Assembly: GCA_964360145.1 (NCBI GenBank)
Contig: CAYHWW010000002.1
Span: 3,473 to 67,472, forward strand
Direction: 5' to 3'
Length of the DNA stretch: 64,000 nt
DNA from: an uncultured Oligoflexia bacterium
GTDB taxonomy: Bacteria > Bdellovibrionota > UBA1018 > CAYHWW01
The notes beneath the pieces are model-generated. The model was given only the letters and a program-made list of their open reading frames with translations. It did not search any database and was not told the origin of the DNA. Shown here piece after piece: positions 32,766 through 42,220 of this stretch (its first letter is position 1; the number at the start of each line of letters is the position of its first letter). Made by a program: the position numbers and the translations under genes.

Positions 32766-32923
32766 ACGCGGTGTCCGGGGCAGGCTTTGCCCATGGTTCA
32801 TGGGGCCGGGGGAAAATTCCACCAAGAGATCAAGGACTCCCCAGGGAGGGAGGGGTTTACCGGGGGATGGATTAAGCATGGTCCGGTGTTTGCTCTGTAT
32901 GCTTTTGGCGAGGACTACCTAGT

Positions 32924-33874
32924 ATGGGATCACCCAGCGGCCTTTGGACTTCTGTTTCCGGCGGACAGGCTCAAAGCCAGAACATCGATACGATTTCCAA
33001 CAACATCGCCAACGCCAATACGGTTGGTTACAAAAAAGATGAGATCGCCTTCAAAGAGTATCTCACCTCCGTGGAAAACCCCGGAGACCCAGTCATAGAC
33101 ATTCCTCGAACGGCCTTTAAAGATTCAGATTTTTACCATCACGATGGCCGCGAGAATGCCATGGTGGATGTGCAGGGCGTGCATACTGACCACGCTCAGG
33201 GCCATTATAAGCAGACCGGGGGCGCCTTCGACCTTGCCGTGGAGGGCCCGGGTTTCTTCGCTTTGCAAACACCCCAGGGAATCCAGTACACCCGGGCAGG
33301 GGCCTTTCTGATGAATGCCCAGGGCCAGCTGGTCAATGCGGATGGGCATCAGCTCTTGGGCCTCAATGCCGATGGCGTGGAGGCGTTGGAAGCCGCACGC
33401 ACCGCGGCTCAGGAGCAGCAGCAGTCAGCGCAAGGGGCGCCCACCGCCCAGGTTCAGCCCGCGGCACCCAATCTATTCGCCACCGCTCTTCAGCGCCAGC
33501 CGGCCCAGGTGGGGAGTACCCTGGGGCCCATCGTCGTTGGAGCACCGGCATCGAAAGTGACCGTGAGCGCTCAGGGCAGGATCTATGAGGGCGACACCCT
33601 TCTTGGGGCCGTGGTGCTGGCGGAATTCCCCGACGTGAAACGCCTGAAGAAGGCGGCGGGCACGACATTCGTCAACGAGGATCCGACAAATACCCCGCTG
33701 CCCGCGCGCTTGTCGCGGGTGCATCAGGGAGCTCTCGAACAGAGCAACGTCAATGCGACGTCGGAGCTTGTGAATTTGATCAAGGCCAATCGGCTATTCG
33801 AAGGAAACATGCGCGCACTGAAGGTTTACGGTGACATGGCGGCCAAAGAAGCCAACGAGGTAGGTAAATTATGA
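32924..33874 (+). CDS. flgF: flagellar basal-body rod protein FlgF
   Basis: Rod-family N-terminus (SGLWTSVSGGQAQSQNIDTISNNIANANTVGYK) and C-terminus (QGALEQSNVNATSELVNLIKANRLFE). Confidence 0.85.
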   Translation: MGSPSGLWTSVSGGQAQSQNIDTISNNIANANTVGYKKDEIAFKEYLTSVENPGDPVIDIPRTAFKDSDFYHHDGRENAMVDVQGVHTDHAQGHYKQTGGAFDLAVEGPGFFALQTPQGIQYTRAGAFLMNAQGQLVNADGHQLLGLNADGVEALEAARTAAQEQQQSAQGAPTAQVQPAAPNLFATALQRQPAQVGSTLGPIVVGAPASKVTVSAQGRIYEGDTLLGAVVLAEFPDVKRLKKAAGTTFVNEDPTNTPLPARLSRVHQGALEQSNVNATSELVNLIKANRLFEGNMRALKVYGDMAAKEANEVGKL

Positions 33875-34659
33875 CAATGAGATCACTTGATATCGCGGCG
33901 ACGGGGATGAAGGCCCAAGAGGCCCAGCTGGACCAAATTTCCAACGACATGGCCAATATGAACACCACGGCCTACAAGCGGGGACGCACGGAGTTTCAAG
34001 ACTTGATGTACCAAACACTCCGCGAACCCGCGGGCGAGGCCGCGCTAGATCGTTCCCCGGTTGGCATTCAAGTCGGTACTGGCGTGAAGGTGGGGGCCCA
34101 GTACAGCATCCACGAAAGCGGGGCCTCGAAATCGACAGGGGGCAACTTGGACATGATGATCAATGGTGAGGGTTTCTTTGCCGTCCAGCTGCCCAACGGG
34201 CAGATCGGCTACACCAGGGATGGCACGTTCAAGATGAGCCCACAGGGACAACTCCTTTCCACCAGCGGCTATCCGCTGGTTCCGGGCATTACCATCCCGC
34301 CAAACAGCGCCAACATCAAGATCAGCCCCCAGGGCGCCGTGAGCGTCAGTTCACCAACAGGAGCCGACAGTGTCGTGGGGCAGATTCAGCTTGTGAACTT
34401 CATTAACCCCAGTGGCACGAAGCGCGTGGGTGAAAACATCATGGTGCCCACGGCGGCATCGGGCCAGCCCCAGCAAGGCAATCCCGGCGACGGAGTGCTC
34501 GGCTATGTGCAGCAGGGCATGCTGGAAACCTCCAATGTGAAACCAACAGAAGCTATTGTGGACATGATCAAGACCCAGCGCACCTATGAGACCAATGCCA
34601 AGATCATGAACGTGGCGGATCAAATGTGGGCCACCACCAATAATGTCGGAACGAAGTAA
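33871..34659 (+). CDS. flgG: flagellar basal-body rod protein FlgG
   Basis: FlgG motifs (RSLDIAATGMKAQEAQLDQISNDMANMNTTAYKR; QGMLETSNVKPTEAIVDMIKTQRTYE). Confidence 0.92.
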   Translation: MTMRSLDIAATGMKAQEAQLDQISNDMANMNTTAYKRGRTEFQDLMYQTLREPAGEAALDRSPVGIQVGTGVKVGAQYSIHESGASKSTGGNLDMMINGEGFFAVQLPNGQIGYTRDGTFKMSPQGQLLSTSGYPLVPGITIPPNSANIKISPQGAVSVSSPTGADSVVGQIQLVNFINPSGTKRVGENIMVPTAASGQPQQGNPGDGVLGYVQQGMLETSNVKPTEAIVDMIKTQRTYETNAKIMNVADQMWATTNNVGTK

Positions 34660-35648
34660 TGGATAACCTGGGTCTCTGCGTGCGTGCGAGTTTCATCGCT
34701 TTGGTCATTGCCCTGAGCTCGGTGGTCCGGGCGAGTGAGTCCCCCATGACTTCCGTGCGCGCTTTGACTCAAAAAGAGTCCGTCAACGCAGTCAGCGAAA
34801 CGGTGTGTTTGGCTGACGTGTTCGAGGAGTTCTGGGTGGACTCGCGTTGTCCCAGGGACAAAGAGGGTTGCTGCCCGTGGAAGCTAGATACCAACCGTCG
34901 CGTCACCGTCACTCGGGCTGAAGCGGCCCGGGTTGCCCTCGCCGCGAAGGTGATCTTGGACGTTTCTTCAGTGAGGGGCGCCACTGAAACGACGGTGATA
35001 CAGACACATCGCTCACTCGGTGCGGACGAGGTGCGAGCTCGTGTGGTGGAAAAACTGAAGGCACTGGGGGGGGACGGCCGGTGGGGCGTTGTCGATGCCC
35101 GCACCCACGGCAGTGTCAATGTTCCGCTGGGTTCAAAATGGGATGTGGCCCTTCCCACCACGCTCATGAAGCTCTCTAGCGTGAAAATTCTCTATGAGGA
35201 TGGTTCCGGCGACGCGCTGGCGGGCTGGGCCCAGGTGACTGTGGCTCACTACAGGTCCGCGCTTGTGGCGCGAAGAGACATCCCCGCGGGAGGCTCGTTG
35301 CGCCCCGAAGACTTCAAGACTCAAGAGATGGATGTGCTGGCGCCCGCGGCCAACGCGGACGGCCCGGCGGCGTCAGCAGCCTTCGACGGCACCGTGCCCA
35401 TGAGGGCGCGCCTTGCTCTTCGTGCTGGCGCCGTGCTTACGGCGGCCACCATGGAAAAGGCGCCCGCGGTGCTTATGGGTGATGCGGTCACCCTGGTATT
35501 GAAGAGCGAGAACCTCAAGGTCATGACGAAGGGAATATCCCAGGGCAGCGGCGCCATTGGCGACACGGTTTCCGTGCAGTTGCGCAGCTTTAACCGCACA
35601 TTCCGCGGCAAGGTAGCCGAGGGCAAGCAGGTGGAGGTGTGGCTGTGA
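34659..35648 (+). CDS. flgA: flagellar basal body P-ring formation chaperone FlgA
   Basis: Signal peptide; C-terminal SAF/FlgA region (GSGAIGDTVSVQLRSFNRTFRGKVAEGKQVEV); position between flgG and flgH. Confidence 0.7.
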   Translation: MDNLGLCVRASFIALVIALSSVVRASESPMTSVRALTQKESVNAVSETVCLADVFEEFWVDSRCPRDKEGCCPWKLDTNRRVTVTRAEAARVALAAKVILDVSSVRGATETTVIQTHRSLGADEVRARVVEKLKALGGDGRWGVVDARTHGSVNVPLGSKWDVALPTTLMKLSSVKILYEDGSGDALAGWAQVTVAHYRSALVARRDIPAGGSLRPEDFKTQEMDVLAPAANADGPAASAAFDGTVPMRARLALRAGAVLTAATMEKAPAVLMGDAVTLVLKSENLKVMTKGISQGSGAIGDTVSVQLRSFNRTFRGKVAEGKQVEVWL

Positions 35649-36487
35649 GTTTAAATTCCCGCCTTAATGCTTTTCTTTTGCTCAGCGGTTTCCTTTCTGG
35701 GTGTGGTTTCGCCCAGTCTCTACGTAAGGATGCCTATGGCCAAGAAGACGCGGACAGGACCCTTGGTCGCGATCACGGCAAAAGCATGGCGCGCAAAGGC
35801 GACAAAATCCCGCTTCCGGTGACGGTGATGGATCAGCAGGTAACTCAGTTCAGCGGCGATCCGGTGGACTTGAGTGGCATCCGCGCGAAAAAAGGCCACA
35901 TATCACGCACCGACTTTGATGCCGTGGCCAATCGCAACGAGAACAGTCTTTGGAAGGAAGACGGTCAGCAGAACTATTTCTTCTCCACCAATAAAGCCAA
36001 AATGCCCGGCGATCTTGTCACCATCGAGGCGTCCAAAGACCTGAGAAACGATATCCTGGCGGAGTTTCGTAAAATTTTGCCCGAGGATGAGCTGGAGGCT
36101 GGAGCCGTCGTTGCGGGGCTTGGCACGGTTTCCGCTCCGAGGGCCGAAAATAAGCCTGTGGCTACAAGTGCCGTGGCGAAAGCCGATGGTGGTGCTGACG
36201 CAGCCACGAAAGAAGCAGGTGCGGCGCCACCGGTGGCCCCAGTGGCGGCCACGCCCAGCCGCGCGCCCGCCTCCGCCGAGGATGAGGCACCTCTGAACAT
36301 CGTCGCTGAAGTGGTGAATCGCTACCCCAACGGCAACGTGCTCCTCCGGGGCATCAAGCGCTTCGCTCATAACGGCCGCAACTACTCGGTGGAAGTCACG
36401 GGCATCGCTCGCGGCAACGACATCAGCGAAGAGGATCGGGTCAGCTCGTCAAAGTTCTTTGAATATAAAACGGAGATGTTCCGATGA
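35639..36487 (+). CDS. flgH: flagellar L-ring lipoprotein FlgH
   Basis: Lipobox LSGC; FlgH core (DLVTIEASKDLRND; NIVAEVVNRYPNGNVLLRGIKRF...VEVTGIARGNDISEEDRVSSSKF); Ala-rich insertion. Confidence 0.85.
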   Translation: MAVSLNSRLNAFLLLSGFLSGCGFAQSLRKDAYGQEDADRTLGRDHGKSMARKGDKIPLPVTVMDQQVTQFSGDPVDLSGIRAKKGHISRTDFDAVANRNENSLWKEDGQQNYFFSTNKAKMPGDLVTIEASKDLRNDILAEFRKILPEDELEAGAVVAGLGTVSAPRAENKPVATSAVAKADGGADAATKEAGAAPPVAPVAATPSRAPASAEDEAPLNIVAEVVNRYPNGNVLLRGIKRFAHNGRNYSVEVTGIARGNDISEEDRVSSSKFFEYKTEMFR

Positions 36488-37515
36488 GATTGTCTTACGC
36501 TCCCGCCGCGGCCCTGTTCATCGTTATCGCAGCGAGCATGCCGGGGGCCCATGCAGCCCGCATCAAAGACATCGCCTCTATTAAAGGTGTTCGAGAGAAC
36601 CTGCTCATTGGGTACGGGCTCGTCGTGGGGCTGAAGGGCAGCGGTGATTCGGGCGCTGAGATCACGACCAAGTCCGTGATCAGGCTTTTCGAGAAGCTTG
36701 GCATTCAAAGCCCCGGGGCTGACTTCAAATCAAAGAATATCGCGGCCGTCATTGTCACCGCGAAGCTCCCCCCCTTTTCCCGTGCGGGAACCCATATCGA
36801 TGTGTCCGTTGCCAGCATTGGCGATGCCGGGAGTCTGGAGGGCGGGACTCTGCTCGTGACCCCCCTACGCGGAGGAGACCAGAGCGTATACGCCGTTGCT
36901 CAAGGCGCCATCACTCTGGGTAACATCATTGGCGGGGGCGGAGGAGGGGGCGGTGGAGCGGCGGCATTCCCCACCTCCGGTCGCGTTGCCAGCGGTGCCA
37001 CCATTGAAAAAGAGATCGATGGAAACTTCACGGACAAGAAGAGCTTCGTGCTTTCCCTGCATAATCCGGATTTCACGACGTCCGCAAGGTTGGCGAAGAT
37101 CATCAACACCGAACTGGGCGGCAAGTACGCGGTATCCCGGGATGCGGGAACCATAGACGTCATCGTACCCTTCAGTTACGAGGGCAACGGCGTGGAGTTG
37201 TTGGCCACCGTGGAAAATCTTCAGGTCAACCCCGACAGCCGAGCCAAGGTCGTGCTCAATGAGAAAACGGGCACGGTAGTCATCGGTGAGAATGTCCGCA
37301 TTGATCCCGTGGCGATCTCCCATGGCGAGCTCACCATCGAGGTCGGCGGCAGCGCCAAGGGCCCCAAGGAGCGCATTGGCATCATCAGCGGAGCGAACAT
37401 CAAGGAAATCGTAAAAGCACTGAACACCCTGGGTGCCAAACCCCAGGACATGACCGCAATATTCCAGGCTCTCCGGGTCTCCGGCGCCCTGCACGCGGAT
37501 TTGGAGGTGCTATGA
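36484..37515 (+). CDS. flgI: flagellar P-ring protein FlgI
   Basis: RIKDIASIKGVRENLLIGYGLVVGLKGSGDS; full-length FlgI; Gly9 insertion. Confidence 0.92.
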   Translation: MRLSYAPAAALFIVIAASMPGAHAARIKDIASIKGVRENLLIGYGLVVGLKGSGDSGAEITTKSVIRLFEKLGIQSPGADFKSKNIAAVIVTAKLPPFSRAGTHIDVSVASIGDAGSLEGGTLLVTPLRGGDQSVYAVAQGAITLGNIIGGGGGGGGGAAAFPTSGRVASGATIEKEIDGNFTDKKSFVLSLHNPDFTTSARLAKIINTELGGKYAVSRDAGTIDVIVPFSYEGNGVELLATVENLQVNPDSRAKVVLNEKTGTVVIGENVRIDPVAISHGELTIEVGGSAKGPKERIGIISGANIKEIVKALNTLGAKPQDMTAIFQALRVSGALHADLEVL

Positions 37516-37940
37516 CCCCTGACGTGATCGTCGAACGCAGGGCCGACAAGGTCCCTGCCTTTTCCGTGCGGCCCGCCAACACGGCATCCACGGCACGGAC
37601 CGAGCCCCCCCCCAGGGCAGAGAGCACTGCCGCTCTCATGTTCATTGTGGTGGCCATGGTGGTGGCACTTACGGCATTTTTTGCCGGCTTGAAGGAGCTC
37701 TCCGCCGCGGAGTATTCTCCTGAGGAGCTGGAGGCGGCCCAGGGCATGGAAGCGCTCATGGCCAACATGCTTATCGGGCAAATGCGGAAGTCAGTGCAAG
37801 AGAGTGATTTCATGCCTAAGAGCAGCGCGGAGAAAATTTTTGAGTCCATGATGGACTATGAATATGCGCAGACTATGAGCCGGGCAGGAACCTTCGGGTT
37901 ATCAGAACTGATTCTTGCCGAGATGCGTCGCAACAGATAG
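37512..37940 (+). CDS. flgJ: flagellar rod-binding protein (FlgJ N-terminal-domain-only)
   Basis: Rod-binding family segment (EALMANMLIGQMRKSVQESDF...FESMMDYEYAQTMSRAGTFGLSELI); no muramidase domain. Confidence 0.65.
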   Translation: MTPDVIVERRADKVPAFSVRPANTASTARTEPPPRAESTAALMFIVVAMVVALTAFFAGLKELSAAEYSPEELEAAQGMEALMANMLIGQMRKSVQESDFMPKSSAEKIFESMMDYEYAQTMSRAGTFGLSELILAEMRRNR

Positions 37941-37966
37941 TATTTAACTAGGGACATGGAGGTCTT

Positions 37967-38287
37967 ATGAGAGTTTCAAACGACAAGCAGGGCGTCGAGA
38001 GTGGCCTTGAAAGCGCGAAGACAGGCAAGGCGAAGGAAAGCCGCGAAGCTCGCCGGAGCACGCGGGGCGAGGGGGTCGCTGGCAAGGCGCAGTCCCAAGA
38101 AAAAGTAGAGGTTTCCTCCCGGGCCAAGGACGCCGCGCAGGCGAGGAGCATCGCCGCATCCGCGCCAGACGTAAGGGAAGACAAGGTGGCAAAGCTCAAG
38201 CAAGCCGTGCAAGGCGGCAACTATGAGGTAGATGCCAACAGGGTTGCGGACCGCATGGTTGATGAACATATGGAAACCATGTTCTAA
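37967..38287 (+). CDS. flgM: anti-sigma-28 factor FlgM
   Basis: Small (106 aa), disordered K/E/A/S-rich N-terminus, conserved C-terminal REDKVAKLKQAVQGGNYEVDANRVADRMV. Confidence 0.7.
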   Translation: MRVSNDKQGVESGLESAKTGKAKESREARRSTRGEGVAGKAQSQEKVEVSSRAKDAAQARSIAASAPDVREDKVAKLKQAVQGGNYEVDANRVADRMVDEHMETMF

Positions 38288-38307
38288 GGACACCCCACGG
38301 AGGGGCA

Positions 38308-38814
38308 GTGAACATTGAATCGCAGAAGCTATTGCAGACGTTGACGCGCATGGCGCGCCTCTACTCCGTGCTCGAAGAGAGCTTGGTGGCGGAGGGGCTT
38401 GCCATGGAGCACGTCGATGTTTTGGCTTTGGGCGAAGTCACTCAAGCCAAAGAGGCGCTTCTCTCCGAAATTTGGGCCGCGGAACAGGCCCGCGTGGAGC
38501 AGGCCACGGCGTTGGCGGAGACGCTGGGCATCCATGACCCCAATCCCACACTATCCCAAATGTCGGCACGGCTGCCCGTGGATGCGCGGGAGCAGATTTC
38601 CGCGGCACAAAGAGCCCTCGCGGAGCTTCTCGACCGTTGTCGCGAGCGCAACCAGGGCAACATGGCTCTCGCCAGCTCGGCCCTCGAGCGCATCGAGACG
38701 ATGAAGAGCAATATCCTTGGCCGCAACGGCAACAACGCCGAAAACTACAACGCCCAGGGCGGTCGTAATCCCATTAATGAACATGGAGGCAGGCTGCTCT
38801 CCGAGCGAGCCTGA
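38308..38814 (+). CDS. flgN: FlgN-like flagellar export chaperone (putative)
   Basis: Helical 168-aa protein between flgM and flgK, the canonical FlgN position. Confidence 0.5.
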   Translation: MNIESQKLLQTLTRMARLYSVLEESLVAEGLAMEHVDVLALGEVTQAKEALLSEIWAAEQARVEQATALAETLGIHDPNPTLSQMSARLPVDAREQISAAQRALAELLDRCRERNQGNMALASSALERIETMKSNILGRNGNNAENYNAQGGRNPINEHGGRLLSERA

Positions 38815-38820
38815 GGCGCC

Positions 38821-40245
38821 ATGTCTTCGGTCAACATGTTCAACACCGGTAAGTCGGCTCTCTTCGCCAACAAGGCGGCGCTGGCGACCACGGGTCACAA
38901 CATCGCCAACGTGAACACCGAAGGGTTCACGCGCCAGCGCGTGGAACTCACCGCGGCGGATGCCCATGCCACCATAAGCAAGTCCATGACGGGCACCGGG
39001 GTTCGCGTCGACCAGGTGACGCGCATCAACGACGAGTATCTCGATCGGCAAATCTTCAATGAGCAGAAGTACCTTGGCTCCTATGAAGAGCGTGATTATG
39101 CCCTGAATCAAGTCGAGGCCATTTTCAATGAGACTCAAAACGAGGGACTCAATCGCGTCATCACCGGCTTCTTCAACGAGTTCCGCAAGCTGGGCAACCA
39201 GCCCGAGAACGAGTCCATGCGCCTCACGGTGCGGGAGTCCAGCGAGCAACTCATCGCGGATTTCAAGCGTATCCATCGCACCCTACGAGACATCCAGCGG
39301 AACCTCGATAACCGCATTGAAGGCGACATCCATCAGGCCAACGACCTCATTAAGAGGGTTGGCCACCTCAATGGCGAGATCCGTCACATGGAACTGGGCG
39401 GCGGCCAGTCCGGCGATCTGCGGGACAAGCGAGACCTGGCGGTAAAACAGCTCTCCAACATGTTGGGCACTTCGGTCAGCTCCAATGAGCATGGCGAGTA
39501 CAATGTTTCCATGGCCGGCGTCGGCGTGTTGGTAACGGGCACTAAATTCACGCAATTCAAAACTGAAATGGGCAAAGCGAACTACGAAACCGGCAAACCC
39601 GAGAACTCCGTCAATGTCCTCATCGAAGACTTGCTCCCACCGGATGTCACTAACCGCTTTGGGGAGACGGGCCGCATCGGCGCCCTCGTCGAGTCCCGCG
39701 ACGGCACCATTGGTGGCATCCTGCGCCGCATGGATGAGCTCGCCTACACCCTTTCCACCAGTATCAATCAGGTCCATCGCCAGGGCTACGGTCTGGATGG
39801 CGGCAGCGGCCGCAACTTCTTTGATGAACCCACAAAGATCCAGGGTGCCGCCGACGGCCTGCAGCTCGCGGACGAGATTAAAGAAGATGTCTCCGCCATC
39901 GCCGCCGCCATTACGCCCAACGCCCCCGGCGACAACCGTCTGATCCAACGGCTCACGGCGCTTCAGTTTGAGCGCAACATGGGTGGAGGAAAAAGCACGT
40001 TTGACGACTATTACAATGCCACGGTGGCGGACATGGCCACTCTTCATCAGAAGAACAAGCTGAACTTTCAGCACCAGAAAAGCGTCGTGGGCCAGCTCGA
40101 GAAGTTTCGTGAATCCATTTCAGGCGTCAGCATCGATGAAGAGACCACCAACCTCATCCAATTCCAGCACGCCTTCGATGCTGCCGCGAAAGTCATTAAG
40201 GTGGCCGATGAGATGTTGGACACTGTATTGAGCATCAAAAGGTGA
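38821..40245 (+). CDS. flgK: flagellar hook-associated protein 1 FlgK
   Basis: N-terminal MFNTGKSALFANKAALATTGHNIANVNTEGFTRQR; C-terminal ETTNLIQFQHAFDAAAKVI. Confidence 0.85.
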   Translation: MSSVNMFNTGKSALFANKAALATTGHNIANVNTEGFTRQRVELTAADAHATISKSMTGTGVRVDQVTRINDEYLDRQIFNEQKYLGSYEERDYALNQVEAIFNETQNEGLNRVITGFFNEFRKLGNQPENESMRLTVRESSEQLIADFKRIHRTLRDIQRNLDNRIEGDIHQANDLIKRVGHLNGEIRHMELGGGQSGDLRDKRDLAVKQLSNMLGTSVSSNEHGEYNVSMAGVGVLVTGTKFTQFKTEMGKANYETGKPENSVNVLIEDLLPPDVTNRFGETGRIGALVESRDGTIGGILRRMDELAYTLSTSINQVHRQGYGLDGGSGRNFFDEPTKIQGAADGLQLADEIKEDVSAIAAAITPNAPGDNRLIQRLTALQFERNMGGGKSTFDDYYNATVADMATLHQKNKLNFQHQKSVVGQLEKFRESISGVSIDEETTNLIQFQHAFDAAAKVIKVADEMLDTVLSIKR

Positions 40246-40252
40246 ATGAGCC

Positions 40253-41290
40253 GTGAGAGTCTCTGACAATACCTCCAGAAATGCCGTGCACGACGCCCTG
40301 GGGCGCACTCGTGCGCGCATGGAGGATTTACAGTTGAAGAACTCCACACTGAAGAAGCTGAATGCTCCCAGCGACGACCCCGTGGGCAACAGCAAAATCA
40401 TGGACATTCGCACCCAGTCCGCGGTGAATAAACAATTCGAGATGAACGCGGGCACGGCCAAGGACAGGCTCCAGCATTCAGAGAACGCCGCCCAGGAGCT
40501 GACGGACCTACTTGTTCGCGCCAAAGACATCGCTGTCAATCAGTCCAGCGGGGCCAGTGCTACCCCAGAGTCCAGGGCTGGCGTGGCCCAAGAGATCACC
40601 CAGCTGTATAAGCAGGCGGTTGCCATCGCCAATCGTCGCATCGGCGATCACTATATTTTTGGGGGCTTCAAAACCCTGTCCCAGCCCTACACCGCGGATG
40701 GCGCCTACTTGGGTGATGGTGGCGAAATGCCTTTGGAGATCCAAAAAGGCGTCTTTGTGAACTCCAATGTACCAGGCCCCAAGGTCTTCCTGGCCCGTCG
40801 GTATACCCAAGAGAACTTGGCAGAGGCGGCGCTGGCCGAGGATGCCTCCGAGAACGCCACGGAAAACCCCACCTTCGCGCACCGCCCCGGAACCCGAGAT
40901 GTGGCCTCGGGGGGTGATCAAAGGGGACAGATCCAGGCCCCGCAAGCCCTTGAAGTCACTGATATGTTTAGGACTATCGACGCCTTGCGCATCGGTCTCC
41001 TGACCAATGACACTAATACGATTCGGGCTACCCTAGAGCCCTTGGATTCACTCATAGAGAATACCGTATCGCTGCGTTCCAAAATCGGCTCTCGTGTGAT
41101 GGGCATCGATTCCGCCATGGGGGCCACGGATCGTACGAATCTTCAGAATGCCATTGTGCAGTCCAACCTTGAGGACGCGGATTACGCTGAGCTTTGGTCC
41201 AACCTGGCCCGGGAAGAGTCCGTGTTGCGGGCGTCCCTGTCTGCGGCTCAAAAGCTAATTCAGCCCACGTTGTTGGACTTCATGAAGTGA
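40253..41290 (+). CDS. flgL: flagellar hook-associated protein 3 FlgL
   Basis: Flagellin-like N-terminal segment (RVSDN..., PSDDPVG) and C-terminal helical segment; follows flgK. Confidence 0.8.
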   Translation: MRVSDNTSRNAVHDALGRTRARMEDLQLKNSTLKKLNAPSDDPVGNSKIMDIRTQSAVNKQFEMNAGTAKDRLQHSENAAQELTDLLVRAKDIAVNQSSGASATPESRAGVAQEITQLYKQAVAIANRRIGDHYIFGGFKTLSQPYTADGAYLGDGGEMPLEIQKGVFVNSNVPGPKVFLARRYTQENLAEAALAEDASENATENPTFAHRPGTRDVASGGDQRGQIQAPQALEVTDMFRTIDALRIGLLTNDTNTIRATLEPLDSLIENTVSLRSKIGSRVMGIDSAMGATDRTNLQNAIVQSNLEDADYAELWSNLAREESVLRASLSAAQKLIQPTLLDFMK

Positions 41291-41370
41291 TAGTTGATTC
41301 GGGAAGACAGTCGAAGTAAGTATCGTAGGGGGTTCAACCCAGGGAAGTCTGAGTTTTTTGGAGTATCTCG

Positions 41371-41598
41371 ATGCTGGTTCTCACACGGAAGATTGGTGAA
41401 AGTATTGCCATCGACGACCACATTAAAATTGTGGTCGTGCAGATCAAGGGCAAGCAGGTACGGCTCGGGATCAAGGCGCCTAATGAGACCAAGATACACC
41501 GTGAAGAGGTGTACATGGCCATCCAGGACCAAAACAAGCAGGCTGCCACGGCCCCCTCATCTGTGAAGGACGTATCAAAGGCCATCAAGGGAGGCTGA
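41371..41598 (+). CDS. csrA: carbon storage regulator CsrA
   Basis: MLVLTRKIGESIAID...IKIVVVQIKGKQVRLGIKAP.ETKIHREEVY, canonical CsrA. Confidence 0.92.
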   Translation: MLVLTRKIGESIAIDDHIKIVVVQIKGKQVRLGIKAPNETKIHREEVYMAIQDQNKQAATAPSSVKDVSKAIKGG

Positions 41599-41600
41599 GG

Positions 41601-42152
41601 GTGAAAATCCAATCAACCCGCTTCGGGGAACTGGACGTCGGTGCTGATGAAGCCATCGAATTTCCAGAGGGGATTCTCGGGTTTGATAAGTTGCGCAGAT
41701 TCTGCTTGGTGGACTCGGGTGATGACACTCTGATTCTCTGGCTGCAATCTTTGGAGAGCCCTGAGATCGCCTTCCCGGTGCTGGAGCCCCGCTTCTTCAA
41801 GAACGACTACGTGGTGCGCCTCTCCGCCCAAGAGCTCCGCCTCTTGAAGCTTGAGAACGTGAACCAGAGCGTGGTTTTCAATATTCTCACCATTCCTAAC
41901 GATGTGGTCCAGATGACCGCCAACGTGAAGGCGCCCATCGTCATTAATCTCAAGGATCAACTGGGCAAGCAGGTCGTGTTGCAGGAAAGCGAATATACCC
42001 TGAAGCAGCTCATGTTTAAGGAGCTGAAGTCCCATCTGGTGACCATCGCTTCCAATCGCGCTGCCTCCGACCAAGCATCAGACAAGGTGGCCACCATAGT
42101 GCCCATCAACCTGCGCCAGATCGTGCCGAGCAGTTTCGTTAAGGCGTTGTAG
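41601..42152 (+). CDS. fliW: flagellar assembly factor FliW
   Basis: FliW homology (FPEGILGFDKLRRFCLVD, NPIVINLKDQLGKQVVL); GTG start. Confidence 0.88.
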   Translation: MKIQSTRFGELDVGADEAIEFPEGILGFDKLRRFCLVDSGDDTLILWLQSLESPEIAFPVLEPRFFKNDYVVRLSAQELRLLKLENVNQSVVFNILTIPNDVVQMTANVKAPIVINLKDQLGKQVVLQESEYTLKQLMFKELKSHLVTIASNRAASDQASDKVATIVPINLRQIVPSSFVKAL

Positions 42153-42184
42153 CGCCAGCGCATCATATGATGCCAAACACAAAG

Positions 42185-42220
42185 CCCCCGCTCTCTTGCA
42201 AGAGCGGGGGCTTGTTTCTT
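42185..42220. terminator. bidirectional Rho-independent terminator
   Basis: GCCCCCGCTC-(8-nt loop)-GAGCGGGGGC, then TTGTTTCTTTC on the + strand and a T-rich run on the - strand; lies between convergent fliW and the 42221-42814 lipoprotein gene. Confidence 0.75.

Noticed and set aside
31808-32794. Longer FolD ORF starting at 32794 (328 aa)
   Set aside because: The extra 40 residues (MGKACPGHRVNLDAPGRGV...) are not FolD-like and contain the perfect 12-bp dyad. The GTG at 32674 gives a canonical-length FolD. Retained only as an alternative.
32675-32923. Glycine riboswitch upstream of the gcv operon
   Set aside because: I could not find the conserved tandem-aptamer cores in this interval on the minus strand. 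folD directly abuts gcvT, so there is no room between them either. I cannot run a covariance model here, so this is left as a check rather than a call.
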